The translations under genes and the position numbers were made by a program. Positions 20,534 through 30,295 of a DNA stretch of 64,000 bases are shown piece by piece; the stretch's first letter is position 1; each line of letters opens with the position of its first letter. Source of the DNA: Myxococcales bacterium (GTDB taxonomy: Bacteria; Myxococcota_A; Polyangia; Polyangiales; DASUME01); the NCBI GenBank assembly GCA_047601445.1, contig JASGJH010000001.1, positions 2,816,001-2,880,000 of the forward strand, given 5' to 3'. The notes under the pieces were generated by a model. The model was not told the DNA's origin and did no database searches. It saw only the letters and a program-made list of their open reading frames with translations.

Positions 20534-20628
20534 TGTGGAAAGGCTGTGAAAAGCGTGTGGATGACCCTGTCTGGGGCTGTGAATTTGCGTGTGAGTAGCG
20601 TGGATAAGTGGCCTCGGACGGTGGACAA
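20534..20628. promoter_or_regulatory. Cluster of co-oriented DnaA-box-like 9-mers
   Basis: TGTGGAAAG 20534, TGTGAAAAG 20545, TGTGGATGA 20556, TGTGAATTT 20578, TGTGAGTAG 20590, CGTGGATAA 20599, GGTGGACAA 20620 versus consensus TGTGGATAA. Confidence 0.55.
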
Positions 20629-20640
20629 CAATCAGCAGCC

Positions 20641-20688
20641 TTGACCGTGGACGGCCGTGGCGTTCAAATGAGAATGAGATTCTGATTT
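20641..20688 (+). promoter_or_regulatory. Putative sigma70-type promoter with overlapping palindromic operator
   Basis: TTGACC-17bp-TCAAAT; inverted repeat AAATGAGAAT-GAG-ATTCTGATTT (20666-20688) just before the TetR ATG. Confidence 0.55.
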
Positions 20689-20692
20689 TCGT

Positions 20693-21373
20693 ATGACCCC
20701 GCGCCAAACCCACGTCCACCCCCTGCGCTCCGTGGCGCGCCCCAAGCAGGCGCGCAGCGAGGAGAGCCTGCGCCGTCTGCTCGACGCAGCCGAGTCGCTG
20801 CTCGAGGAGAAGCGCTTCGGGGAGATCTCGGTCTCCGACATCGCCAAGCGCGCGCGCTCCTCGGTGGGCGGCTTCTACGCGCGCTTCCGCGACAAGGACG
20901 AGCTCCTGCTGGCCCTCCACGAGCGCTTCGTGGCGCAGCTCGAGGCCCGCCTCGGCCAGCTCGAGGGCAGCCTCGCGGGGCCCCACAAGCCCGCGCCCGT
21001 CCGCGAGCTCGCGCTCCTGTTGCGGCCGGCCATCCAGCTCTTGATCGAGACCTATCGCGCCCACCACGGCGCGCTCACGGCCTTCGCCTCGCGCGCCTCC
21101 GAGAACCGACGCCTGTGGAAGGCGGGCACCACCTTCCGCAGTCAGGTCATCGCGCGCTTCACGGGCCTGATGCTGCTCTCGCGCCACGAGTTCAGCCATC
21201 CCGATCCAGAGCTGGCCGCCGAACTCTCGGTGCAGCTCGCGCTCGGCTTCATGGAGCAAACCCTGCTGAACGGCGCCGTCCACGCGGGCGGCGAGCCGGT
21301 GCCCGACGGGCGCCTGCAGGAGGAGCTCGAGCGCATCTTGGTGAGCTACCTGGGCGTCCCGCAGGGCCCCTGA
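20693..21373 (+). CDS. TetR/AcrR family transcriptional regulator
   Basis: LLDAAESLL...ISVSDIAKRARSSVGGFYARFRDKDELL HTH. Confidence 0.92.
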   Translation: MTPRQTHVHPLRSVARPKQARSEESLRRLLDAAESLLEEKRFGEISVSDIAKRARSSVGGFYARFRDKDELLLALHERFVAQLEARLGQLEGSLAGPHKPAPVRELALLLRPAIQLLIETYRAHHGALTAFASRASENRRLWKAGTTFRSQVIARFTGLMLLSRHEFSHPDPELAAELSVQLALGFMEQTLLNGAVHAGGEPVPDGRLQEELERILVSYLGVPQGP

Positions 21374-21394
21374 ATCCGAGGAAGGAGCACGTAG

Positions 21395-22477
21395 ATGGAT
21401 TACGTCCAAAAGAACCCGCTTCCGATCCCGGCCTCCGGGCCACGCCAGGCCATCCCCTCGGAATCGACCACGCTGTTCGACTGGGAGTACGCGCTCAAGG
21501 ACAAGCGACTGCTGTCCCTCTACGAGAAGGGCAAGAGCCACGCCTGGAACGCCAGCGAGCTCGACTGGTCGGTGGACGTGGACCTCGATCGCATGAGCAT
21601 CGAGACCAACGTGCGCGACTTCTTCAACTACGCGATGAAGGTGCCCAAGACGCTCTCGCAGGAAGAAGCTCTACTGTTCCGGCGTCACGCAGACGCCTTC
21701 ACGCTCTCGCAGTTCTTGCACGGCGAACAGGGCGCGCTCGCCGCAGCCGCCAAGATCGTGCAGACGGTGCCCTGGAGCGAGGCCAAGTGGTACGCCGCCA
21801 ACCAGGCCGCCGACGAGGCGCGCCACGTGGAGGTCTATCACCGCTATCTCACCGAGAAGATCGGGCTCTCCTACGAGGTGCACCCGAGCTTGATGGAGCT
21901 TTTGAAGAACATCGTCGAGGACTCGCGCTGGGACGTCACCTACCTCGGCATGCAGATCATGGTGGAAGGGCTGGCGCTGGCCGCCTTCGGCATGATGAAG
22001 CTCTCGATGCCCAGCGAGCCGCTGCTGCAGAGCATCACCGCGCGCATCATGGCCGACGAGTCGCGCCACGTGGCCTTCGGCGTGCTCTCGCTCGAGCGCC
22101 TCTACACCGAGGAGCTGATGAGCCACGAGCTCAAGGAGCGCGAAGAGTTCGTCATCGAGGCCACCAGCCTGATGCACGATCGACTACTGCAGACGCCGGT
22201 GTTCGAGCGACTGGGCTTCGACGTGAAGGTCTGGAACGAGTGGGCCGCCCACAGCGAGATGCAGCAGGGCTTCCGTCAGCTCACGTTCTCCAAGATCGTG
22301 CCCAACCTGAAGCGTCTGGGCCTGCTCACACCGCGCGTGCGCGCGCACATGGAGACGCTGGGGCTGCTCAAGTTCGAACACGAGAAGGACTCGGTGGAAG
22401 ACCCCGAAGTGCGCCCCTCGCCCGAGCTCTTGAATCTGATGATGAGCGGCTTGGCCGCGCGCGCCAACGGCGGCTAG
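21395..22477 (+). CDS. Ferritin-like di-iron protein (AurF-like oxygenase family)
   Basis: QFLHGEQGAL, DEARH, VEGLAL, DESRHVAFG: paired ExxH ligands; AAGGAG RBS. Confidence 0.85.
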   Translation: MDYVQKNPLPIPASGPRQAIPSESTTLFDWEYALKDKRLLSLYEKGKSHAWNASELDWSVDVDLDRMSIETNVRDFFNYAMKVPKTLSQEEALLFRRHADAFTLSQFLHGEQGALAAAAKIVQTVPWSEAKWYAANQAADEARHVEVYHRYLTEKIGLSYEVHPSLMELLKNIVEDSRWDVTYLGMQIMVEGLALAAFGMMKLSMPSEPLLQSITARIMADESRHVAFGVLSLERLYTEELMSHELKEREEFVIEATSLMHDRLLQTPVFERLGFDVKVWNEWAAHSEMQQGFRQLTFSKIVPNLKRLGLLTPRVRAHMETLGLLKFEHEKDSVEDPEVRPSPELLNLMMSGLAARANGG

Positions 22478-22638
22478 CGGATCTCAGCGAGCCGGTAGCG
22501 TTACGGCCATTCTGGAGAGATTTCAGCGTCGTAACCGTCCGCGTGGTGGCGGCGACCAGTGTCCCAGGAGCGCAGGCCGGTCTCGGGACCGCGAGTGCTT
22601 TGGAAAAAGCCCTCACCCAGTGCTAGCGTGAACCCCTC

Positions 22639-23676
22639 ATGAGCGGTTTTCGTGTCTTTACGCTCGCGAACGTGCCGGTGTGGGTGAGCCCCTGGCATCT
22701 CGTGGTCTTGGGGTTCTTGTCCTGGGGCCCCGATATCCGCGCGGGCATGCTCTACGCGCTGTGCATCGCGCTCAGCATCCTCGTTCACGAGTTCGGTCAC
22801 GCCCTGGTGGCCAAGCTCTTCCGGCTCAATCCCCAGATCCTGCTCACGGGGTTCGGGGGTCTGACGGGCCACGAACGCGCCCAGCGCGACCGCGACGACG
22901 CCCTGATCATTGCCGCGGGCCCGCTGGCGGGCCTGTTGTTCGGCCTGTTGGCCCTGGTCGCCCGGCGCTTTCTGCCCATGCCCGCGCCGCTGTACGAGAT
23001 CACGCAGAACCTCGTGTACATGAACTTCGTGTGGTCCTTCTTCAACCTGCTGCCGCTCTGGCCCCTCGATGGCGGCCAGCTGCTCCGGCTCGGCATGTTG
23101 AAGCTCGCCAAGCCAGCGCGTGCCGAGCGCATCGTGCACATCACGGCGCTGGTCGTGCTGGTGGGGCTCATCTACTTCTACGGCACCGGCGGCATGTGGT
23201 TCATGATGATCGCCGTCACGCTCGGCATGCAGAACATCAACGCGCTGCAGAACGGCGGCAGCGGCGCCCCCGTGCGCACCGTGAACAGGCACGCGGTGGA
23301 GCTCTTCCGCAACGCGGTCCTGGCCTACGAGCGCGGCGACGATCGCGAGGCCGCGCGCCTGTGTCACCAGCTACGCGCCGAGGGCAATGTTCCCGGCGAG
23401 ATCATGAAGCGCACCTGGGCGCTGCTCGGCATCGCCACCACCCGCAAGGGGGATTTCGAGGAAGCGCTGTCCTATCTCCGGCGTGCGCCTGACTCGCCCG
23501 AGGTGGTGGAGGCCACAGCGCAGTGTTTCTATCAGCTCGAGATGTTCGAGGCGTTGGAGGCGCTGGTGCAGACGAAGGCCTTCGAACGCCTGCCGTCCGA
23601 CACCCGTGAGGCCATCATCAAGGCCTTGGTCGACGGCACTGCGGCCTGCCGCAACTGCAGCACGACCACCGGCTGA
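22639..23676 (+). CDS. Site-2 (M50) metalloprotease with C-terminal TPR
   Basis: HEFGH, AAGP, FNLLPLWPLDGG; TPR-like helices after the TMs. Confidence 0.9.
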   Translation: MSGFRVFTLANVPVWVSPWHLVVLGFLSWGPDIRAGMLYALCIALSILVHEFGHALVAKLFRLNPQILLTGFGGLTGHERAQRDRDDALIIAAGPLAGLLFGLLALVARRFLPMPAPLYEITQNLVYMNFVWSFFNLLPLWPLDGGQLLRLGMLKLAKPARAERIVHITALVVLVGLIYFYGTGGMWFMMIAVTLGMQNINALQNGGSGAPVRTVNRHAVELFRNAVLAYERGDDREAARLCHQLRAEGNVPGEIMKRTWALLGIATTRKGDFEEALSYLRRAPDSPEVVEATAQCFYQLEMFEALEALVQTKAFERLPSDTREAIIKALVDGTAACRNCSTTTG

Positions 23677-23701
23677 AGCGCGGAGTTCGTCGGTCACGGC
23701 A

Positions 23702-23810
23702 CGTTGACCTGGACTTGGTCGGCGACGTCAACTTTGACTGCGACGGTGTGCGTGAGCGGAGAACGGCTGTCGAGCGCGGTGGCGCTCACGCACACCGTCG
23801 CCGTTCAGGA
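23702..23810. repeat. Intergenic REP-like element, copy B
   Basis: Reverse complement of 23702-23758 matches 11722-11784 apart from a 6-bp indel and a few substitutions; internal inverted repeat ~23740-23758 / ~23783-23801; between convergent genes. Confidence 0.75.
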
Positions 23811-23868
23811 CGACCAAGAGCACGATCAAGACCACGCTCAGCTCTGCGGCTCCGGAGAGCCGCTCGCT

Positions 23869-24969
23869 TCAGCCCACCTTGCGAACGTCGGGCAGCGTGA
23901 ACTCGCCGCTCTCCGTGAGCGGACGTTCGGCCTGGGCGAGATCCACGCGACCGCGCAGCCACTCGCCGATCACCGGCCACACTTGCTCCGGCGCCTTGCG
24001 ACCCACCAGCAGGTCCGCGTGCCCGGCATCGACCTTCACGTAGCTCTTGTCCTTGGCGCGGCTGCGCTCGATGAGCGGCTTCACCGAGCCCGGGTTGGCG
24101 AGATTGTCCGAGCTGCCGCAGATGGCGAGCAGGGGCAGCGCGCTGTCCTCGATGAGGCGCGTGTAGCTCTGGCCGTCGAGGCGCGAACACAGCTCGCCGG
24201 TGGCGGCCAGCTTGAAGAGCTCGTCCACCGTGCCGAAGGAAGCGCCGTCGAAGGAGCGCAGGTAGTTCTTGAGCTCGTCGCCCGCGAAGCTGCCGGGCTT
24301 CCAAGCGCGCACCGGGATGGGCGCCAGCTCGGAATCCCAGGCGTGACGCACTGCGTGCACGGTGCGGCCGATGAGGTCCACCGGCAGGCGGAACTGCGAC
24401 TCCTTGAACAGGCCGGTCCAGCCCACGGCGCCGTTGGCGATCTTCAGCGCGTTGCCGAGCACGAAGTTGCCGCGCCCGAGCGCGTGGGGCGGGCCCATGG
24501 TGATGACGCCCGCGACCTTCTGGGGCTCGCGCGCTGCGGCGGCGGCCACGCAGATGCCTCCCAGGGAGTGGCCCATCAGGAAGGCCTTGGGAAAGCCGCT
24601 CACGGCCAGCACGTGATCCAGCACGGCCGGAAGATCACCGCGAATGTAGTCGTCCACACCGCGGCTGCGCTCGGAACCCATCTCGGCCGAGCGACCGTGG
24701 CCGCGCAAGTCCACGTTGAACACGTCGAAGCCCGCGTCTGCGAGGTAGTTCACCAGGCTGCGCTCGGGGAGGTGCCAGGCGTAGTGATTCTGGCCGAAGC
24801 CATGGACCAGGATGATGGGGGCGACGGTGGGGCCGTCGACGCGGCGCTTGCGCACCACGGCCACCGGCTGAGGGCCTTCGATGCGGAGGATTTCCTTGCT
24901 GAACCAACGAATGCGCCCGGGCGTAATACGCTGTGCGACGCGATCCTTAGACAACAAAGTCATGGGCAA
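23869..24969 (-). CDS. Alpha/beta-fold hydrolase
   Basis: LVHGFGQN, DLRGHGRS, GHSLGG nucleophile elbow, GHADL. Confidence 0.9.
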   Translation of the reverse strand: MPMTLLSKDRVAQRITPGRIRWFSKEILRIEGPQPVAVVRKRRVDGPTVAPIILVHGFGQNHYAWHLPERSLVNYLADAGFDVFNVDLRGHGRSAEMGSERSRGVDDYIRGDLPAVLDHVLAVSGFPKAFLMGHSLGGICVAAAAAREPQKVAGVITMGPPHALGRGNFVLGNALKIANGAVGWTGLFKESQFRLPVDLIGRTVHAVRHAWDSELAPIPVRAWKPGSFAGDELKNYLRSFDGASFGTVDELFKLAATGELCSRLDGQSYTRLIEDSALPLLAICGSSDNLANPGSVKPLIERSRAKDKSYVKVDAGHADLLVGRKAPEQVWPVIGEWLRGRVDLAQAERPLTESGEFTLPDVRKVG

Positions 24970-25361
24970 TACTCCACCGTCACCGCGGCGCCTTCTGGCT
25001 TGAAGGCCCGGGTGCTCGACGACTGCAGAGTCACCGGGGGGGTGCCTCTGCGGAACTGAACCTCGGATAAGAAAGTGGGGGTAAGAGGCGGGACTTATCT
25101 CGAGAAGTTCAAGGGCTAAGGAAACAAGCTACGTTGTCCCACAACGCTAACCGGGTTTTCGCACGCGTTTCAAGACCCTGTTTTGGTGGTCCTGGCGAGC
25201 CGCCGGTGTGGGGGCGCGAGCAGCATTTAGCGGGCGGCCAACGGTCTCCGCGCCTGTTGCGTGCCCCACGTTTCCATGCGACATGACCGACCCAACCGGG
25301 GACCACCGAGGCCTCGCAAACGGGCGGGCTACGGCGGCCGGTTTTTGGCTCGGGAGAGAGC

Positions 25362-26234
25362 ATGTTCGAGGGAACCCACACAGCCTTGATCACGCCGTTC
25401 AAGAACGGCGAAGTCGACTACCCTGCACTCAGCAAGATCATCGACAAGCAGATCGAGGCCGGCGTCGACGGCCTCGTCCCCTGCGGCAGCACCGGTGAGT
25501 CGGCCACCCTGAGCCACGAAGAGCACGAACGCGTCATCGCGCACGTGATCGAGCGAGCCAAGGGACGCGTGAAGGTGATCGCGGGCACGGGTTCCAACAG
25601 CACGCGCGAGAGCATTCGCCTCACCAAGTTCGCCAAGGAGCACGGGGCCGACGGCTCCCTCTTGATCGCTCCTTACTACAACAAGCCCACGCAAGAGGGC
25701 CTCTACGCCCACTACGCCGCCATCGCCGAAGCGGTGGATCTGCCGCAGCTCGTCTACAACATCCCCGGGCGTTCGGCGGTGAACATCCTGCCGGAGACCC
25801 TGGCGCGGCTGGCGCAGGTGGCGCGCATCGTGGGCGTCAAGGAAGCCTGTGGCTCGCTCGAGCAAATCTCGCGCGTGGTCGAGGTATGCGGGCCCAAGTT
25901 CACCGTGTTGTCCGGCGACGACCCGCTCACCCTCCCCATCATGGCCGTGGGTGGACGTGGGACCATCAGCGTCATCCCCAACATCATGCCGCGCGATATG
26001 GTGCGTCTGGTCAAGGCCGCCGCCGCCAACGACTTCGAGAACGCCCGCCGCGAGCACTACAAGCTGATGCCCGTGATGCGCACGCTGTTCCTCGAGACCA
26101 ACCCCATCGGCATCAAGGCCGCCTGCGCCATGCTCGGCCTCTGCGACGACGAGCTGCGCCTCCCGCTCACCCCGTACACCGCGGGCAGCCGAGAGAAGCT
26201 CAAGCACGCGCTCGAAGCCGCCGGCGCACTCTGA
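25362..26234 (+). CDS. dapA: 4-hydroxy-tetrahydrodipicolinate synthase
   Basis: TALITPF, CGSTGESATL, PYYNKP, YNIPGRS, GVKEA, SGDD, ETNPIGIK. Confidence 0.96.
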   Translation: MFEGTHTALITPFKNGEVDYPALSKIIDKQIEAGVDGLVPCGSTGESATLSHEEHERVIAHVIERAKGRVKVIAGTGSNSTRESIRLTKFAKEHGADGSLLIAPYYNKPTQEGLYAHYAAIAEAVDLPQLVYNIPGRSAVNILPETLARLAQVARIVGVKEACGSLEQISRVVEVCGPKFTVLSGDDPLTLPIMAVGGRGTISVIPNIMPRDMVRLVKAAAANDFENARREHYKLMPVMRTLFLETNPIGIKAACAMLGLCDDELRLPLTPYTAGSREKLKHALEAAGAL

Positions 26235-26446
26235 CTCACTCCCCAAAGGGCGAAGTGCGAGTCTGAACTACGTCGGCACCCTTGTACTTTGGAGGCACGC
26301 GCGACACGCGCGCGTGCCCTCCGCGCACTGACAGCAGGATCTCGCGATAAAACACGCGATTTCCGCTAGAATCGTGGAGCCTGCTCTCCGCCCAAGAAGA
26401 TCTCCCTCGCGCCGCTGAGCCCGCCGCCAACGCGCTCTCGCCCAGT

Positions 26447-27673
26447 GTGCGTCGCCGCGCCCTCACCATCTCGGTGATCGATGGGCTCATGCACGCCGTG
26501 ATGCTCGGATTCACCGAGAATTACCTGAGTGCATTGGCGGTGGAGCTCGGTCACGGCGCGCGTCACCAGGCGCTGCTCACGAGCTTGCCCGTGCTAGCGG
26601 GGGCGATGTCGCAGCTCCTGGCACCGGCCTTCACGCGCCTGTTCGGCAGCCGCAAGCGCTTCGTGGTGGCATGCGCGGCGCTCCAGGCGCTGACGCACCT
26701 GTGGTTCATCTCGATCGCGGAGCACGAGGAGCGCGCGCTCGCGCCGTTCTTGATCGCGAAGGTGTTGTACTTCGTGGGTGGGAACATGCTGATCCCCGCC
26801 TGGAGCGCGTGGATGGCGAGCCTCACGGCCGGCGGTGGGCGTGAGCGCTACTTCGCGCTGCGCTCGGGGGCGATCCAGGTAGCGCTGCTGCTCGCCTTCG
26901 GCGCGGGCGCCTACGGACTCGACGCCAGCTCCACCCGCGCAGGCATCCTCAGCGTGTACGCGCAGCTGTTCTGGATCGGCTTGTTCGCGCGCACGGCGAG
27001 CTCCCTGCTCCTGGCCGCGCAGCACGACCCCGAGCCTGCTCCCTGCGAGCAACGACCGCTGCGCATCGGTGAGGCTCTCCTGCGCTGCGACTTCCGCGTC
27101 GCCATCTACCTCACGCTGCTCTACTTCGGCACCTTCATCGCGTCGCCCTTCTTCGTGCCGTGGTGGCTGCACGAGCTCAAGCTCAGCTACCACCAGTACG
27201 CCGTGTTGATGGGCACCGCGATCCTGGCGCGCGTGGTCACGGTGCCCCGCCTCCACCGCATCGCGGCGCGCTGGGGCATGACTCACTTGCTCTATGCGGC
27301 TGGCTTCGGGGCCACGTTCCTACCCATGGCCTGGGCGTGCTCGAGTTCGTTCAGTACTTTCCTGCTGATCCAGGTCGCGAGCGGCACGATCTGGGGAGCC
27401 ATCGAGTACGCCAGCTTCCAGCTCCTGCTCGAGAGCAGCCACGAGGAGACCCGCCTCGAATTCCTGTCGATCGCCGGAACGTTGATGGGACTCGGACAGC
27501 TCGGAGGTTCCCTGGTGGGAGGCGCTCTGCTCGATCAGGCTGGACTCCCCTATCCCACCGTGTTCGGCATCTCCAGCGTGATCCGGGCGATCCCGCTGGT
27601 GCTCGCCTTTGCCCTCCCACACGCAGGACGGGTCGGTCGAACTCTGGTAGAAAAGGCGCGCACTCGAGCTTGA
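26447..27673 (+). CDS. MFS-type transporter
   Basis: About 12 hydrophobic segments in two halves; FGSRKRF loop. Confidence 0.75.
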   Translation: MRRRALTISVIDGLMHAVMLGFTENYLSALAVELGHGARHQALLTSLPVLAGAMSQLLAPAFTRLFGSRKRFVVACAALQALTHLWFISIAEHEERALAPFLIAKVLYFVGGNMLIPAWSAWMASLTAGGGRERYFALRSGAIQVALLLAFGAGAYGLDASSTRAGILSVYAQLFWIGLFARTASSLLLAAQHDPEPAPCEQRPLRIGEALLRCDFRVAIYLTLLYFGTFIASPFFVPWWLHELKLSYHQYAVLMGTAILARVVTVPRLHRIAARWGMTHLLYAAGFGATFLPMAWACSSSFSTFLLIQVASGTIWGAIEYASFQLLLESSHEETRLEFLSIAGTLMGLGQLGGSLVGGALLDQAGLPYPTVFGISSVIRAIPLVLAFALPHAGRVGRTLVEKARTRA

Positions 27674-27697
27674 CATAGGCCGCCAGCAGGTTATTTT
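27670..27697 (+). promoter_or_regulatory. Sigma70-type promoter for tRNA-Asn
   Basis: TTGACA-16bp-TATTTT ending 11 bp upstream of the tRNA. Confidence 0.65.
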
Positions 27698-27708
27698 TGC
27701 TCGCCTTT

Positions 27709-27784
27709 TCCGAGATAGCTCAGTCGGTAGAGCGTTCGGCTGTTAACCGAATGGTCCCTGGTTCGAGTCCAGGTCTCGGAGCCA
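27709..27784 (+). tRNA. tRNA-Asn(GTT)
   Basis: 76 nt; acceptor TCCGAGA/TCTCGGA, D arm GCTC..GAGC, anticodon arm TTCGG-CTGTTAA-CCGAA, T loop TTCGAGT, encoded CCA. Confidence 0.97.
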
Positions 27785-27787
27785 CGC

Positions 27788-27818
27788 AAGAGGGCCCAGC
27801 TTACGCTGGGCCCTTTTT
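27788..27818 (+). terminator. Rho-independent terminator
   Basis: AGGGCCCAGC-TTAC-GCTGGGCCCT followed by a T-run. Confidence 0.9.
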
Positions 27819-27829
27819 GCGTTTCTCCT

Positions 27830-28190
27830 CGAACTGGCCTCGTGGATGGTCGAGCTGGCAAAGCCAGCTCGACGACGCACCGCGAGGCCAGTTTCCTTTG
27901 CTCGCGAGGTCGAGGCGCGCTGAGGCGGGTGGGCTCGAGTGGGCATTACCTCGCGGGCGCAGTACTCGCCGATGCGGGCCCGGAGCAGGTCGCGGAGCTG
28001 CTGCTCGCGGACTTCGTAGAGCTCGGCTGAGACGAGCACCTTGTCGCGCTCGTGCTCAGCGAGCTGCCCCTGGACGCTCTCAAGGCCCGCCACTCCCATG
28101 CGAGCCAGGACGCCCACCAGGTTCTTGATGCCCGCCTCTGGCTCCTGAAGACGGGCTTCGAGAGCCGACTCCTTGGTACGCAAACAAGAC
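27830..28190 (-). pseudogene. Possible C-terminal coiled-coil remnant of a large serine recombinase
   Basis: LEARLQEPEAGIKNLVGVLARMG..SVQGQLAEHERDK resembles the recombinase coiled coil; frame points into the tRNA; no catalytic domain. Confidence 0.4.
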
Positions 28191-29480
28191 TGAGATTCGT
28201 GACGTTGCATCGCCTGTGTTGCCCACGAGGCCGCTGATGGCGCAGGAGATCCCGGTAGCCGGCGCCCGCACCTGCACCGTTACGCTATAGGCCGTGTCGG
28301 GAAGCACGGTGGTGGGAAGCATAAACGTGCCCCTCGCACTGAGCGTGCCGGCCGTCGCGTCGCTGAGCACGACCTTGACGCCATCGGAGAGCTGGGCCTA
28401 GCCACCGATAGCGAGCTTCGGTAGGCAAAACTGCTTCTGTGGATCACAGTAGTAGTTCTCTCGGCAGTCGGCGGACGAGGAACAGTTCGTCAAGCACATG
28501 AACTGGCCGCTGTCGTTGTCCTGCGCGCAGACGCTGGCCGCGTCGCAGCTGTACTCGCCCTTCAATCGATCGAGATAGCAAGCAGTGGCGCAGAAGCCTC
28601 CCCAGAAACCGTCGTCCTCGGTCAGGCATGTGCCCCTCACACAGTCCTGGGGCCCCGTACACGGCAGGCCTTGCTGCGAGAAATACCCTTCAGGCGGGCC
28701 GCTACCGCAACCGACGACGACGTTGGTGACGTCTTTGTCCACAGTGCCCGTGCCGTTCAGCACCTGGCACTTGGCACCCGTGCTCGTGCTTGCGGTGACG
28801 TCATAGGTCGACCCGCTCTTGACGTGCTTGGGAAGGAAGAACGCACCTTCGGCGCTCGCTGTCGCCGAGCCGCCTTGCGAGTCCTTGATCGTGACCGTCT
28901 GTCCCGCAGGGATGCCTTGCACCGTGCCTTTGATCTCGTAGCCGGTGAAGCACACAGAATCGCTTCCGTCTGCGTAGCAAAGGTAGTCCGGTCGACCGCA
29001 GTCCGCGTTGGTGGCGCAGCGGCGGAGGCAAGCCGCGTCGTACCCCTTGTCGTCGAGAGCGGTACAGAGGGTCTGGTCGCCACAGCCTGAGTACCCGTGG
29101 CACGACTTGCCGCAATAGCCACCTCTGTACTCCGGGTGCGCGGCCTGCGTGACGCACTCGGTGGTGCAATCGCTATCCGAAGTGCAGGGACCACCGGCCT
29201 CTTGCAGGCTGAGCGTATTGTGAAAGGCAGCACCGCCATCGCCAGCGTCGTGGTCGCCAGCGTCGCCATCGCCGTGCGCGTCGCCATCGCCGTGCGCATC
29301 GCCATCGCCGTGCGCGTCGCCATCGCCGTGCGCGTCGCCATCGCCGTGCGCGTCGCCATCGCCGTGCGCGTCGCCGGGGAGCCTCCCTCCATCATGCACT
29401 GCCGCCGACGACTTAGAATCGCCGCCACAGCCCACCGAGCCGAGCACAGCGCACAACCAAACCATCCGTGCCTTCTTCAT
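28190..29480 (-). pseudogene. Cys-rich lipoprotein with repeated Ig-like domains, interrupted by in-frame TAG at 28398-28400 and truncated near 28190
   Basis: Lipobox-like GSVGC; GGYC/GGFC Cys-rich repeats; the frame continues past TAG as AQLSDGVKVVLSDATAG...YSVTV, paralleling the first Ig-like domain. Confidence 0.7.
29260..29375 (-). repeat. 18-bp coding tandem repeat x6 encoding (AHGDGD)6
   Basis: gcgtcgccatcgccgtgc repeated with a single substitution. Confidence 0.92.
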
Positions 29481-29747
29481 CGCTACGCCGCTTACCGGGT
29501 TTGCGATCAGCTCGCTATCCACAAAGCGAAACGAAGTTGCGAAAGAGAGCGTGCGCACTTCGGTGCCCGAGGACGGGTTGGAGCCAGACGTACAATGTGC
29601 TGGCTGCCAGAAGCATCCGGTGATCTGGCTTTCCCGAATCGCCGCGGCCGCGAGCGGCACCGCCGCGACTGGCCGCTAGCCGTTGATAGGGAAGATGCGA
29701 TTCTTCCTGCACGGGTCAGCTCAGGCTCAACGGGCAAGTCCTGTGAG

Positions 29748-29890
29748 TCAGCCTGCGAGCAGCGCGTCGACCTGCTGGTAGCAAGCTTCCATGCCCTGAT
29801 CCATGCCCGATGCGATCGCGCCGTCACGCGCCTCCTTGACGGCATAGGTCTGCGTGATGCGCATCAGCGTGGTGCCGTCCTGCTCGGAAC
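29748..29890 (-). pseudogene. C-terminal fragment of an SRPBCC/Aha1-like protein
   Basis: EQDGTTLMRITQTYAVKEARDGAIASGMDQGMEACYQQVDALL; upstream sequence is unrelated. Confidence 0.6.
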
Positions 29891-30295
29891 TTCGTGCTGT
29901 TCCACCAGCGAGCCGATGGTCTGTCCGGAGTTCAGCGAACGTGAGCTGGCGAGGGCGGAGATGCCGGCTCCAGCGCTTGTGCCGGCCACGACTAGGCGTT
30001 TTGCTGGAACCGCCTCCTGGATCATCCCGCGATGCCCCTGCTCCAACGCGGGCGCGACGGAACATGTTCAAAACGGATCACCGGTAAACAACCGCCCCCG
30101 TGGTGACTCGCTCTATCGCCCCCTTGAACGGCCTCGCGCGCCCGCTCGGACTCCCGCTTCCTCCAGGCCCAGTGCGCAGGGTGTGCAGGTCGAGCGCGTC
30201 ATGGGACCGCGCGCCAAAAGCCGGATTCGCGTTCGCCGAAGAACGGGCCTTGCTGCCGCCTCGACGGTTTCGCTTCGCAGTTTTCCGTCGTGCGA

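Noticed and set aside
24970..25361. Lysine riboswitch upstream of dapA
   Set aside because: I could not find the conserved L-box architecture or an expression-platform terminator
27697..28128. Protein-coding ORF across the tRNA
   Set aside because: It overlaps the tRNA-Asn and its terminator; the translation is not protein-like
28398..28400. Pyrrolysine or programmed amber recoding
   Set aside because: A single instance in a decaying region; other TAG codons behave as ordinary stops and no pyl genes are present
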